DNA of 59,227 nt, filler included. It is 6 parts of 6 records of this genome, joined end to end, with 100 filler letters (N's around TTAATTAATTAA, not from the genome) between each part and the next. Parts side by side here need not be neighbours in the genome. Positions count along the whole stretch, not along the records: positions 43,142 to 59,227 come from SRR31156797_3440; 5 more parts are not named here. One strand, written 5' to 3'. The notes below the pieces were generated by a model, which worked only from the letters and a program-made list of their open reading frames with translations, was not told the DNA's origin and searched no databases. This document shows positions 59,176 through 59,227 of this stretch, piece after piece; the first letter of the stretch is position 1, and each line of letters opens with the position of its first letter. A program made the position numbers and the translations under genes.

Positions 59176-59227
59176 CAGATTTTAAATTAAATCGGCAAAG
59201 CCCTAATAAAAGTTTTTGGGATTCTTA

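Noticed and set aside
59195-59227. Possible start of an intergenic REP-like repeat after kdsD
   Set aside because: It is cut by the window end and too short to support.

Overview
This window is not one locus. It is six unrelated contigs joined by artificial 100-bp linkers (44 N + TTAATTAATTAA + 44 N), so neighbours across linkers mean nothing. Taxon calls below are inferred from gene content and base composition. (1) 1-14478, clostridial-type Firmicute: nifK 3' end, a type II (FecB/BtuF-like) ABC importer, a thioredoxin-like [2Fe-2S] ferredoxin, alkaline phosphatase, a repeat lipoprotein, T-box-controlled leuA, an orphan three-gene ExbB/ExbD-like module, a GPH-family symporter, rnhA, proC and tRNA-Trp. 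(2) 14579-24303, very AT-rich F-type conjugation region (traN, trbC, traU, traW, dsbC, traF-like), probably Campylobacterota. (3) 24404-29897, Arcobacter-like folC, M23 peptidase and bactofilin, a helicase fused to a degenerate primase domain, and a CPA2 antiporter. (4) 29998-35967, marR-MATE-gshAB operon plus an unknown enzyme. (5) 36068-43041, GC-rich Desulfobacteraceae-like c-heme sensor kinase, sigma-54 regulator and MCP. (6) 43142-59227, Desulfovibrionaceae-like pseB-pseC-pseB', a methyltransferase, a type II secretion cluster and kdsD. Best candidates for undescribed biology: a two-component pair inside the T2SS cluster whose response regulator ends in a RelE/YafQ-like RNase domain; an ExbB/ExbD-like ion motor with a long coiled-coil stalk and no TonB in an apparently monoderm host; and a PseB paralogue that has lost its catalytic residues. 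All family assignments come from motif recognition by eye; no searches were run.
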